In this document: in pieces, positions 37,516 through 50,300 of the stretch
How the letters are laid out: each line of letters begins with the position of its first letter
How positions within the stretch are numbered: position 1 is the stretch's first letter
Source: Tubiluchus corallicola
Lineage: Eukaryota > Animalia > Priapulida
Assembly: GCA_030141605.1 (NCBI GenBank)
Contig: JAQGDQ010000137.1
Span: 124,001-188,000, forward strand
Direction of reading: 5' to 3'
Length of the DNA: 64,000 bases
Notes under the pieces: generated by a model
The model's database searches: none
Told to the model about the DNA's origin: nothing
The model's input: the letters and a program-made list of their open reading frames with translations, nothing else
Program-made: the position numbers and the translations under genes

Positions 37516-40500
37516 CGATTTTTAAATCCATTATCTATTAATGTATGACATTACACAATAAGATTTAATAAATTTCTTATTAAGCATTGCAGGACTGATG
37601 TGACAAGGCACTTCATCACTAACACTAGGCCTAGATAACACTAAGACGTTGGAATAATATCAATGTGTGCTAAAAAAAACTCTGCTACTAGTATAAATAA
37701 CCCCAAAAGAAATTTTAAAAATGAAATCTCTAAATATATAGAATAAATCAATTTCACTAGTTTGGCCACCCCTGTCAGGATTCATTACATTGCTGCTTAT
37801 GTCAGTTTCTATATTTCGCGTTACTTCATACAGACCACCATCACATCTTTCTTTCTATTCTTCTGTAACTTTTCTTTCCTACTCCTTTACTCCTCTTTTT
37901 TCTTTTTCTCAGTAAGCATTCAGATATCGACAAAAGTATTGTTTGCTGTCAAATAAGACATATACAGCAGTAAAAAGTGATGCGAAATAGGTAAAACTAT
38001 CTACAAGTGTCGTACAACTAAAATTTCATTTAAACCTTATGCATTGTGCAATAACGTTTTTTGCAAAAACCTTTTATATCAAAATTTTTATACCAAGTAA
38101 AACAGCTCGCAACAAGTCATTACTTCTTGAGCAACCTATAGGCCCTTTGGAGCTTGGCAGTTTGGGTAGATAATAAATATGTTATTACCAATTAATCAAA
38201 GCCTTTTGAAGTGCTATGCTGTAATGGTTGTTGTGGATGTATTTAATAAATGAAATGAAATTAAAAAATGAAATAATAATAAAGTGAAAACATTGAATGC
38301 CACCACAATGTGATATAAAAACCCAACATGAAGGAGTGTGTACATTAGGATACAGAGACAAACACTCTGCAAGACAATTAGTATACTATAACACTATTCA
38401 GATAACATAAATGCAAACAAAATAAATACTAATTGCCAAACAAATACTGACCAGAATGGTAGCATTTAAAATTATGGTAAAACAGATTGTAAAATATTAT
38501 AAAACACTAAAAAAGATATAAAACTGCATACAAAAAAGAGCATTGCGTAAGATGAGGTGAAATAACGACAGCCAACAAAAAATAACAGTAATGATGTAAA
38601 CAACAATTAAATTTATAACAAAACAGAATAAAGACTTTTCCAATAACCATCTTACATTATAAATAACATTACATTTCTTTCTAAAAACTACTTTTGTATA
38701 GCGAAAAGACAAAGTGTAAATGGTTCATTTTAACTGTACCTCAGACTGTCCTGATCCTGAACATTTACTATCACGTTTGCGCAACTGTGCTAAAAAATAA
38801 GGAGACGCTTCTTTGCAGCTGGAAGAGCTCAGCTGTTGAATGGGGGAATTATCACTGCAAACACTGATGCAATATTCCTAGAAAACAGAAGACAGTTTTG
38901 AATTAGAGCACTGTTTCCAGAGGTCACATATTCGTTCACAGTCCATAATCAGCATATACTCAGACTATAGGAAAATTGCAAATGCAAGTGTTTCTTGATA
39001 ATGCTGTGTAAGCTTCACTTTGCAGCGACCTTTGTTTTACTTGGCATAAATTTTTTTGAGATATCAAGTTTTTGCAAAAAAAGTTACTGCAGAATGCATT
39101 AGCTTAAAATGAAATTTTAATCGCTACACCTTCAGTTGTGATTAGGGAGGATGTAGCTGCCTACAATGCAAGTCTGGTTAAGAAAGCTGTTTTGCTGATA
39201 AAACTGGAAAAAAATTACACAGTCTGAACTCTGGATAGAAAAATCTACGTAAAAGCGACTCAGACTGTTCAGCGTCGTAGAATCAGAATCCTGAACGAGT
39301 TGAAAAACCTGGATTGTCAACAGTCATCGAGTGGTGCTACAGTGTATCATCAATCCAAACCCGCAAATCCATGTGTCCTTTAAGCATGTTACACGGAGCC
39401 AGTATTCTGCATCTCAGTGAGTAACAATGCTGTTATTATCTGCACTTCAGAGATCTTAATGCAAATGAATAAATTGTAGGCCTAATAATATTGGCCTATC
39501 AATGTAACTTAAAATTGGTTGGTGTTTATTATTATTTTTTATTGTTTATTCCTTTCACGAATAAGTTAATGCATTTGGTTATTTACAACACCTACTACAT
39601 GATTGTTTCTTGAACTTATGAAGTTAGTGTGTTTCGTTATCTGCAGTAACCAGTACTTGTTATTTTTTGAACTTGCAAAGTTAGCGTGTTTAGTTGCTTG
39701 CAATACCCAGTACAGGTAATTTTTTGAACTTGCAAAGTTAGTGTATTTAGTTATTTACAATACCCAGCACTGATTATTTTTTTTTTGAACTTGTGAATTT
39801 AGTGTGTTTAGTTACATGCAATACCAAGTACTGAGTGTTTTTTTAACTTGTGTCACAGTTGTTCTTGACACGTGATATTTTGATACCTCAGTTTTAGTTT
39901 GCGACACACTTGGCCTAGAGCACAGTAGTAGTGCTGGGAGAATTTTTTTCAGCGTGTGCATTACTTAATTTGGTAGGACCCGGTTGTTAGGTTCTGATGT
40001 ACAGCACATACTTTGATACAAAATGTTTTACCTTGGTTATCGACATTTTCAAGCTGCCTTTTTACAGTGTTATTTTTAAATGTGCATTAATTTTGTCAAA
40101 TTGTGTTGTACAATATTAATTTATGTTTAATTTGGTATGTATCATTGGTATACGTCACGTCTTTGGCATAGGGTGATTTACTAATCTGTTACCTCAAGAT
40201 TGGTGGTAATCCTCTTACTTTAAATTCGCACTTTGCAAAATTATTTCAAATTATAAATCAGTATGGGTATTATCATATTTTGCTTTTTTCTTTTTTTAAT
40301 AAACACTTTGTTCATTATTTGCCCTTGTTATGGCTTGAAATTGAGGTCACTGCAATATTTTAATAATTATATAGTTTGTGACTGCATTTTCTGCTGTGCC
40401 TTGGTATGAATACAAAGCGTCTTAGTTGTGTCTTGCTAAGAATCTTGCTTATAACCTTTGTACATTTCAATGTGACCACTTTTGCGTAAATGTTAAGCAA

Positions 40501-43500
40501 TATCCAGGAGTCTGGTGGTTATAGGTAATTGAAAATATTAGCTAAACGCCTGTACCATTAACACTGCATAAGGCAACTATTGGTTTATTTGCATATGCAA
40601 AACATTTTAGAACACCATCATACATACAACACATGTCCACAGTCTTAACTTTGAATTCATGTGGTTTGAAATGAATCTTACAAACTTAATTTTATACATG
40701 TGTTACCTTTCTCCTACTCAAGATGCTCTTACCGAGGATGAGCTTATAAATCAGTTACAATTGTCTCATTATATGCTAATTAGCAGCTTGTCAAATGTTC
40801 GCTACGGATTAATGCCAAGTGTGCAGTATGGTACCCTCCTGATGGGGAAAATCGTTTTGGTTCCAAATTATATGCATTTACTATTCTGAATCAACTTTTG
40901 CAGTTAATAACACATCCTACCCACATTTCTGATGTGTCTAGCTCTTTGACTGAGCATATTTTAACTGATGGTACCGGATTAATAACAGGGAGTGGTGTTA
41001 TGTCACCTATATATACAGCTGATCATAGCTCAATTTGTGGTAAAATGCTTATAAATATTCCAATTGTAGTTTCCTACCAAAGAAAAATTTTCTATTCTAA
41101 TAGAGCAGATTGGTGTGGTTTAAATCAAGCTATTCACGCTACTGATTGGAATTTAGCTTTTTGCAAATGAAACTGCTGAATCTGTTTGTGCTAATTTTAT
41201 TACTAACTTGTCAAATTTGATTGAAGACTATGTGTCACATAGAACCCTAACCATTCAAACTGGGACAAGTTGTGGATGAACAACTACATCAGAAAATTAA
41301 GAAAAGCTAAAGAAAAATCTCATAAATACTACAAACTGCATCAAACTGCTGAATCTTGGGAGAAATGTAAGAATACATATAATAATTCTTTAAAAAAGGC
41401 AAATGTGATTATATGAAGAAACTAAATTCTAAATTACTCAATCCACAAACCTGCCCCAAGGTCTGGTGAAACAGTGTCAAATCATTTTATAAAAGCAAAC
41501 ATGACTTTGTTATTCCACCACTTAAGTTAACAACTGTGTTATGGCTGATACCAAGCTCAAATGTAGTACATTTAACAAATATTTAACTGCAATAATGCCG
41601 TACTTCCTCCTTTCTCTTTGGTCACTGATAGTGTTTTGTCAACTGTTGACCTGTCTGAGCATATAGTTAGTAATTTCTTGAAATGTGTAAAACTCGGTAG
41701 ATCAACAGGGCCCGATTGCATAAATAATATTCTTTTGAAACAATGTTCTCAGTCGTTTCTGTGCCTTTAACGTTATTATTTAAAATGTCTGTTAACAGTG
41801 GAATTTTCCCGACAGTATGGAAAACAGCTAATGTTACTCCTATATTTAAAAAAAGTGATAGAGAACTTACTAATTATCGGCCAATTTCTCTACATTTCTG
41901 TGTTTCTAAACTCTTTGAGTGGACTGTGTATAAAGAACTTAACAGTTATCTTGTTATTGACAATAATCTGTTGAATGAGTGTAATTCTGGTTTCAAGCCA
42001 GAAGATAGTACAATCAATCAATTGGTATCTATTGTCCACAAAATATACTCTGATCTAGATGCTGGATATGAGGTACGGGCAGTTTTTCTCCATGTAAGTA
42101 AAGCTTTTGACAAGGTTTGGCACAAAGGTCTCATATTCAAATTATCCCAGCTTGGCATCAGTGGTCCCTTATTACGTTGGTTAGCTTCTTATTTATTTGG
42201 TCGTAGTCAACAAGTAGTTATGGAAGGTGCCTCATCAGATTCTTTGTCACTGGCTGCTAGGCAGCCTCAGGGCTCTATTCTAGGTTCTCTTTTGTTTCTT
42301 GTCTACGTAAATGACATTACTCATAATATACAGTGTGACATACATCTTTTCATAATGGATACAGTTACAGACCCAGTAGTTTCTGCAATGCATCTAAATT
42401 TCGACCTAGAGACCTTGCAGCACTGGGCTAATAGATGGTGTGTTACCTCTAATCCACAGAAAACTGAAGTAATGTGCTCTTCTCTCGTAAAATCCAGCAA
42501 CGTCATCATATGCCAATTTATCTTAATAATATAGCTTTAAAACATGTTAGTAGTCATAAGCACCTAGAGATGTATTCTACATTCTATATTTCCATTTATG
42601 TACCTTTTATAAAATTGTGAATCACTTAGCTCTCCAGTACTTTTTTAATGTTTTGCCTTCTCGTGTAAGGTATATTACATTGTATCCAATCCGTAATAAT
42701 GAAAACTTTTCTAATTGCACCTGCCACTCAACTGCTTTTGCTAATTCTTTTTTTTGCCTCAGTTAAGTGCTGGAATATATTTCCACTTGATGTCAGTAAT
42801 TCTAACACGTTAAACATCTTTAAATCTCGACTACAGAATCACATGCGTTTTAATAGGTGGCTTACTTACTTTTCAAGTGGTACTCAAAATTCATCTATAC
42901 ACCATATTAAAATGAGAGTTGGTTTTTGTCAACTTAATTATGATTCAATCCTCAGAAAATGAAAAAATCCCAATGGGTAGCTGGTATCACCTAATTGTCA
43001 ATGTGGTTCTGCTTATGAAACAGTAGGTCATTACTTAATTAGGCTAGACATGACTTATTTACAAATCTCTGCACTCTTTTTTTCAGCTTTTAACATCAAT
43101 GTTTACAGTCTTGCAACAAATAAACTTGCACGTTTGTTGCTGCATGAGAACCATAACCTAGATAATTCTGTGAACACTCAAATTTTTGTCTTTGTGCAGT
43201 CTTTTATTTCAAACACTAAGTGCTTTAATAGTATTAACTTTGTTACTCTTGTTACATAGTAATGTTTATATTTATTGCAACATTTTTTGTACATTGTGGT
43301 CACCACTATTCTGCATCTGTATAGCGTTTGCTCCCACGAGGGTAGAACATATCTCAGTTGTAAAACTGTCCGCTTCAAACCTAGCATATATTACATTTTC
43401 AATAAATTATATTTAAACCAAAGAATTAGTATACTTCCACAATTTGGCACCCTAGGCTACTGCCTAGTTTGCTTTAATGGTAGAGCCGGCCCTGCTTAAC

Positions 43501-44499
43501 TTAGTTTTTCTCCTTTAGCGTGTGGCACCGGTCTTATTTGAAAGTGCGCTTTTGTTGTCGAGGTACAGAAACCAGATGTTAATTGATCACATACAGATAA
43601 CTGGTTACTAGCAGACTACTGAAAATACATGCGAAATACAGTGCTATCAGATTACCTTTTGACTTTCAGACTACTATATGCGATGTGCATTTCTTAATAG
43701 CTTTGTTGTAAAAGCAGCTTCATGGTTATATATTAGTAAAAAACAAGTCTTTCATACCTAGTTAAAGTTCCAGAAGTAGAATTACATTATTTGACCTTAC
43801 CTGTACCCTAGAGTACACATTGTTACACACACTAACACCTGCATACAAAAAGTAAAAAACAATTAAGTAAGAACAGAAGAATTTTCATCTTACCCCAATT
43901 ATCTGCTCACTGTTTTTCTCTAGGCATCTGAAACACAACAAAACAACATTTTCACTGACTCATAAATGATATATAAATGTTTTTTTACGAATAAATTTAA
44001 AATATTCATTAACATGCAAGCTGTGTAAGTTCACGTTTGGGATATTTACAAAAAAATGCTAACAACATCCGCAAAACGTCTTGTGATATAATCAGCTTTA
44101 TTAAACTAACATGTCAACAGGCAAACAAACAAACCAACTGACCAACCAATCAATTAAAGGTTTATCTGTAATTAAAATAACAAAGATTTTCACTACCTGG
44201 ACATGTGTAGCTTATTAACTAACTTTTATACGTTTGTTTTTTTATATATATTGAAATATACAGCACTTGTTTTCTTGTGAGATGCATTTGCACGATGTAG
44301 GGGCTAGTGCCCATCTAACTAGCAAATGGTGAGGAGAAGGAAAAGGAAAAAGACGGTGAGGAGGAGACAGTGGAATAATAATCTAATGACAGAGCAAAAT
44401 ACAACACATTCAATAACAACCAGAAGTCACTCAAATTAACTACATTTACCTCTTCAGAGCAGATGCAAAATCATTTGCAATGTTGTCTAAAGGTGGCAT
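26082..44499 (-). CDS. ZWILCH: Zwilch kinetochore protein (RZZ complex), 16 coding exons, ~602 aa
   Basis: Exons 44499-44450, 43927-43894, 38877-38740, 37435-37236, 36740-36556, 35886-35804, 33850-33713, 33623-33552, 32580-32487, 31918-31763, 30706-30627, 30189-30033, 29713-29548, 28381-28289, 27712-27597, 26128-26082 (1809 nt, open). Motifs IPPLWVICDGKD, RSDMDFTDQLW, SYSGEVSAPTLAGTVPLELLAEMGIQKLRMDY and LKRMHIVAEML match recalled human Zwilch LPPLWVRCD, RSDLDFAEQLW and [22 protein letters not shown]. Confidence 0.93.
28895..29300. repeat. Copies of a dispersed repeat also found at ~24240-24305 and ~23065-23105
   Basis: AAGGCTCTGC.GCT.TTAACAA...TGGCTCAGCAGT.GC.TTAT at ~24241, ~28901 and ~29252; TGTGGCA.AGCCTTGA...TGTATTAA at ~23065 and ~29175. 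Confidence 0.75.
34120..34790 (+). mobile_element. 5'-truncated RTE-like LINE 3' fragment
   Basis: LSLNTKLQLFN...VFMYNSET...FHRNLPRKVLKIR...KNEDLY, then RRLRWLGHV and GKPKKTTW, ending in a (GAT)n tail at ~34767-34787. Confidence 0.8.
35990..36080 (-). mobile_element. tRNA-derived SINE head / tRNA pseudogene
   Basis: Minus strand has A box TGGCTTAGTGG, anticodon-like hairpin TCTGC-TTTGTGT-GCAGA and B box GGTTCAAGTC, but the acceptor stem is out of register. Confidence 0.6.
37478..37513. repeat. (AAT)n microsatellite
   Basis: About 12 consecutive AAT units. Confidence 0.95.
39555..39850. repeat. Minisatellite, ~5 units of ~57-60 bp
   Basis: Unit consensus approx. TTTGAACTTGCAAAGTTAGTGTGTTTAGTTATTTGCAATACCCAGTAC at ~39608, 39665, 39722 and 39784, with degenerate flanking units. 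Confidence 0.85.
40550..43260 (+). mobile_element. Decayed CR1/L2-group LINE ORF2 (AP endonuclease + reverse transcriptase), antisense in a ZWILCH intron
   Basis: Endonuclease remnants (FxFMWFEM, LQLITHPTH, TADHSSI) and RT motifs WKTANVTPIFKK, NYRPISL, SKAFDKVWHKGL, PQGSILGSLLFLVYVND (ORF 41743-42534). The catalytic YADD region is deleted; many frameshifts. Confidence 0.92.
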
Positions 44500-45391
44500 T
44501 TCATTGGCTGAAACAAAAATTAATTTTATTAATTCAATGGAAAGCAAGAACATCCAAAAACAACAACAGACACCTGTTCAAATGCATTGCACAAGAGGTT
44601 CGAGGCACAAGAACCCTACAGTGTGTTAACAAGGGAAAACAAAGAAATGCTAAAATGGAAATATTCCAGTAGGTTTTTCCTTTTCTTCCTGCAGCCACTT
44701 TGTAAAAGAAACCACTTAAAGCAATGTTAGATACTGAGTTTAAATCACGTCTCGCTCAGCAAATATAACTTGATCATATGCCTTTTCTTTCTGTTTAAGA
44801 TGCTTTCAAATAAGAATTTTACCACTGTTTCATTACAATTACTGGTAGAACGTTGCTAACTGGGTCATTGAAATTCAGTTTGATTAAATTTTATTGCACA
44901 AATACAATAATGTACCATAGCAAAAAAATACAATTACAAAAATACAAAAAAACAAGTACAAGAACAAATACAATTATGCAATGTTGCAAAAACATGAGTT
45001 TGTACAAGTTATTTATTTACTTAAATAGTCTACTTAGATCTAATAACATTTCTCTAACAGCACCAAAGAATTTTCGCTTAGGCCAAAACTCTTCACCTGT
45101 CTAAATAAATGATCATTTCTTTCCACTTCAATAATTTTTTACAGAAATAAATCTCAGCAACTCCTTCTGCAATGTCATCAAAGTAGTGGAGCCATGTTTC
45201 CTTAGGATTGAAAGTGATGCTCCATTGTTCATCATATTTTTAACATTTCTCTCAGATGTCTGTATGAACTAGCTAACAATGATACACCATCAGCATACAC
45301 AACTGTACCAACAAAAATTGATACCAAATGTAATGTGATAACCAAACCCAGCCATTACGTTACTGACAAATAAGATCATCGATATTATATA

Positions 45392-46128
45392 CAGTGGCGG
45401 ATTATGATTTTATGGGCCTTAGGCTTGAGCTTGGAACGGGCCTTTTAAATGTTGCTACACTGCTGAGCTGACGTGTTTTTGTGGAGCTCTCGTCGTTTGT
45501 AAGTTTGTTTAATTTTATGAGTTTTTGCCCACCGATTGTGATAAAAATTATATCTTCTTGATCCTTGAGTTGTGGACTAGGACTATATAAACACGATTAC
45601 AGCTTGGTGAGTTTCTGGGTTAGATGTCAACTAAAATAAGCCAATCAGAAACTCAAAAAGTAACTTTTGTTTCTTACTAATTTGCAGTGGGGAACGATCA
45701 TTCTCTGCTCTGAAAAGGATAAAAACTTATTTACGGTCATCTCTAAAGGATGACAAATTAAACAATTTATCACTGATGCATATTGAGTCAGATATGTTGA
45801 AAAAAATGGACTTTTCAGAAATTATAACTGACTTTGCCCCCAGAAAAATTCGGAAACTGAAATTTTGAACTTAAACTTAAACTGTGTAAACGTGAATTGT
45901 GTAAACTTAAATTGTGTAAACTTGATTTGTGCAACCCGATTTGAAATATAGTGACTGACTTTTGAAAAAAAAAGTTTTTTCTATATTTTATTTTGGCGGG
46001 CCCCTTGCTCTTTTGTCAATTTATTTTTTTTACAAAAAAAATTTTTTTTTCGTTTTATTTTACCGGGCCCCTTTTGATCCCGGGCCTTAGGCTTCAGCCT
46101 ATTCAGCCTATAGGGCTATCCGCTACAG
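45392..46128 (+). mobile_element. Internally deleted hAT DNA transposon with TIRs and 8-bp TSD
   Basis: TIRs CAGTGGCGGAT...ATCCGCTACAG; perfect TSD ATTATATA at 45384-45391 and 46129-46136; internal hAT dimerisation-domain remnant CSGERSFSALKRIKTYLRSSLKDDKLNNLSLMHIESD...FAPRKIRKLKF* at ~45680-45868. Confidence 0.92.
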
Positions 46129-46510
46129 ATTATATAGCATACAGTACAAGAGGTAAAACTCCACCCTGCCTATCTCCAGATCTAATAGGAAATTCATCAC
46201 TGTAATTATTAGACCACCTAATCGAGGCAGAAAATTTAATATACGAGTTTGATCATTTGTTTGTTTTTAATAGTATATGTTTGCTTGTAGTTGTATTAAG
46301 CTACCATGCCTAGCTGACCAACCCCTGCTAACCAGCCGTGAACTTCTTGGAGTAAATTGCAACCCTGCAATCTTCCATTGTACAGCAACGCTGTACAACT
46401 AGTGTTCGGTGCTATCAAGACGACGATGCGAATGATTACTATACTAATTAGTTAGCTAAATTATCTATGTAATTCAAATTATACCAAAAATGTTAATTAT
46501 TGTTACTACT

Positions 46511-46749
46511 AACACTGAAAATAACCTTTGGCACAAAGCTTTTATGAATTAACTTTATATGTATGTACTGTATTGTGTTTTGTTAATGTACATTATATTC
46601 ATGTATTTGAACAATAAATTAAATAGTAACACTGAAAATAAACCTTTTGCACAAAGCTTTTATGAATTAACTTTATATGTATGTACTGTATTGTGTTTTG
46701 CCAATGTACATTATATTCATGTATTTGAGCAAATTGAAAATTAAATAGT
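46511..46749. repeat. Recent tandem duplication, 2 x ~118 bp
   Basis: Units 46511-46627 and 46628-46749 are nearly identical (AACACTGAAAATAA...TTAAATAGT). Confidence 0.95.
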
Positions 46750-47239
46750 ACGTATCACATCGAGATAAAAACTTAACTTATACTAAGTTATAGCAATTTA
46801 AATAAGTGATAACCATTGAAATACTCTACGGATTTTAGATTTAAGTGGAAAAACTAAATACAGATTTATATTTTATTAATAAGTAAATGTGCTTAACCTT
46901 TCTACTTAAACCTAGAACCTTTAAACTACCACAAAGTTTTAATTTCGTACAAATTTACCGCTAAAAACCTAGACAAGCGTAGAAATGAATGTTCACCGTA
47001 CAACACCCAATAACGTTGTGGAAAGATAAAAAATAGTTATCAATATTAAGATAAGACATTTCATCAAAACTTAAATTTTAGAAAATATTACTCAATAAAA
47101 GCTTTTTCGTAAATGCTTGCAATAAAATTTTATTTTTTACTGCATAAAAATTGCTTCTTTCCATTAATCTAATACCTAAGATGACGAATCAACGGTTGAA
47201 TTTACATGCGAAGTAATATAACTGACCTGCCAAGTAAAT

Positions 47240-47250
47240 CCTCCTTTTCG
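47240..47250 (+). promoter_or_regulatory. TCT initiator / 5' terminal oligopyrimidine (TOP) start of RPL4
   Basis: CCTCCTTTTC fits YYC(+1)TTTYY with +1 near 47244, ~73 nt upstream of the ATG|GT exon end; typical of ribosomal protein genes. Confidence 0.7.
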
Positions 47251-47316
47251 TGTTATAGTTGGGTTACGAGGAAGACTGGATTTCTAATAGAACATTTCAA
47301 GACAGTTTATGTAGAA

Positions 47317-50300
47317 ATGGTATATTGCATGACTTTCTTTGCATAGTGTTATTGTAAGAAAACTTTTCTCAAGTGGTAGTTTTTGCTAATAATAAACTAC
47401 CATATGTTATATTGTAGTATTCTGTTCACTCAGTTTTTACTGCAATGCTTCATTTCATTTCACGAGAGCCATTTATGAATTGAATTGAATTGAATTTAGA
47501 TTATCATATCTTCTAAGTCTAATAAATATGCTCATACGAGCTGTTTACATATCTGCTATCCTACCTACTGCTGTATTTACAATTAAGGATTTTAATTCAG
47601 ATATGCTTGAAAAATTGCATATTATTAAAACACTCCAGATTTATGTAATAAAGAGTAATTTTTACAGTTTGTGAAACATGACTCCAGTTAATTATTAGTG
47701 GTTTGCATTTAAGGATTCAGAATGGGGGCATTCAACTCATTATAGTATGACATTTAACAGCTAAAGATGCAAAGTCTCCTGAAATGCTGTTCTAGTCATC
47801 TCTTCCAAATTTGTATTTATTAATTTTCTCATCACATTCTTAATTGGGTTTATGATGATGAAAGTCCTTTTCCGTCCATCCTTGGATTAACCTCTTTGCT
47901 GTTACAGCGTGTGTTTTTACTCAACATTTCAAACTAATTTTGTGCTTTACCTGTATTTTTATTTTACATTTTATTGCACTGGTTATTGTAATTCGCCATT
48001 CACTTGACACCGAATGGTAAAATGTTCAATTAGCATTGCAAAACTAGAATAATGAAAAGTTATTTCTGATTTAAAATTCGTTAATAAGTATGACCTGACC
48101 TGGATCTGGCTTAACGTAGTTAAAGGAAAGCTGCTTAAACATATAAGTTAGACTTGAGGTCAAAAACCTCCTGCAATAGATCTTGGCATTGCAAATCTGT
48201 ACATTAAATTGATATTGTCATGATTGTGACTTATTAATGTTAAAGATATACATATACGATTCACGAGCAGTTTACTGCATGATCAGATTTTTGCATTAAT
48301 GTTTATTAAGCTTGTTATTAATGTTCATGTTTAATTGTTTTTAGGCATCGGCTTTAGCCAGGCCATTAGTGACTGTGTATAATGAAAAGAATGAACCAAG
48401 TGGGTCGTCTGTCGCCTTGCCTGCTGTTTTTAAGGCTCCAATTCGCCCAGATATCGTCTCTTTCATCCATAACCAAATGAGGTGTAACAATCGAATTCCG
48501 TATGCTGTGTCAAAATCTGCAGGTACAAACAAATCAATTGCTGCACTTTTGTATCGATTTGTTTTTTTATATTAATTTGTTCAAAATTACAATTTGTAAG
48601 AATGTGGTGAACTTTGTTTTCCTATATACTTATGCTAAATTACATACTGCATGCTAAATCTGACATGATATTGATCAATGATGCTTAACTATTGTTCAAG
48701 TAACTTAACAAAAATCTCTTTCCAACCTGGCTGCCTAAGTTTGCAGTGTAGTTAATAGTGCACAAGCATTGATAGAGTAGCACAAGAGGTCTGTCTCCAA
48801 TGATGTTATTTAATTCTGCCATATGAAGGTACAATGAAATCATTTTTCCGTTCCACACTGAGGAGACATTGCAGAGTGATGCAAAAGATTTGAAGACATA
48901 AAGATAAAAGTAGTAGCATAGTGTATGTAATACATGTTTCAAAAGTATAATGTTAATAAACTGTGAGTTAGTACTTGATATAGTTGTGCAAAAAATGCTT
49001 TTGCTTGGTATACTTTCAATGTGTGCTTTTAGCATATAGTTAGTAGTGACTGCATTGTCTGTATACAAAATGTGGGGCATTTTATGTTACTTGTGTGGTC
49101 GCATTATTTTGTGGCATTCATTAAATTGCAGTTTTTATTGTTCTGTAGGTCACCAAACGTCGGCTGAATCTTGGGGAACTGGTCGTGCTGTTGCACGTAT
49201 TCCCAGAGTCCGGGGAGGTGGAACCCACCGTTCCGGCCAAGGTGCGTTTGGCAACATGTGTCGCGGAGGTCGAATGTTTGCCCCAACCAGGACTTATCGG
49301 CGTTGGCATAGAAAAATCAATGTTAATCAACGTAGGTATGCCATGTGCAGTGCCATTGCTGCCACTGGAGTTCCAGCCCTGGTAATGTCAAAGGGTAAGT
49401 GAGATTTATGACTTTCTAAAGCTTTTTTGAATATTGTTTTAAGTAATTACTTTAAAAATGGCTTTTCCTTGATGTAATAATTTTGTAAATTATGTGGGTG
49501 TATATGTATATTAACTTTTAGCCATGTGCCCACACTTTTGGTATTTTTTTACTTTAGTTTTCGGTTGAATCATGTAAACGCACAAAAGCGGTACTACATT
49601 AGAAAGTCTAAAAGAAATTTCACATCCACTAAGACTTGAACCCGGAACCTATGCTTTCCATTACACTTTTGGCTTAGGTTGTTGCTAATCTTGTGTGAGT
49701 GATGACATTGTGGCTTTGCACAAAAAATGTGGTATTTTGGTGATGAAAATATCTTATTCTTGGTTCGTGTTGTTGATTTTTAGTGATAAACATGAAGTTC
49801 TGATAACGTACCACATTTTGATCCATTGCCCGCTGCTACGCATCTCAGAGTATAATGAATAATCATTTAAATGTTTTCGTGTTTGTTGTTAGGTCACAGA
49901 ATAGAAGAAACTCCTGAAGTTCCCCTGGTCGTAACTGACAAAATTGAGGAGCTAAAGAAGACGAAGGAAGCAGTCGCTGTGCTAAAAAAGTTTCGTGCTT
50001 ACACCGATATTTTAAAAGTATGTTTTTTGTCTCTGTTTTTAACCACTTCGCTGCTTCTATGACGAGAATCTTCCATTATTCCAGCTGGCTTGTATGATGA
50101 GACTCTACCATAAATGTAACATGCTAGCCATGATATCTATGCCAATATAATGATGTTTACATATGCCATGTACATTTCCTAGACAAGTTACAGAAAACAT
50201 ATAGTGGTGTTATCCTTCATTGGCTAAAATGTTAATGTGTAAGGCACAAAACTGTATTTTTCTTAAAATTTCTTTTTTAGCCAGTTAGAATGCAGATTTT

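Noticed and set aside
39555-39850. CRISPR-like array
   Set aside because: Eukaryotic context; units are degenerate tandem copies without unique spacers, and there are no cas genes.
47845-47895. ATGATGA-containing hairpin in RPL4 intron 1 as a snoRNA or SECIS
   Set aside because: No CTGA D box, too short, and SECIS geometry is not met; it is also intronic rather than in a 3' UTR.
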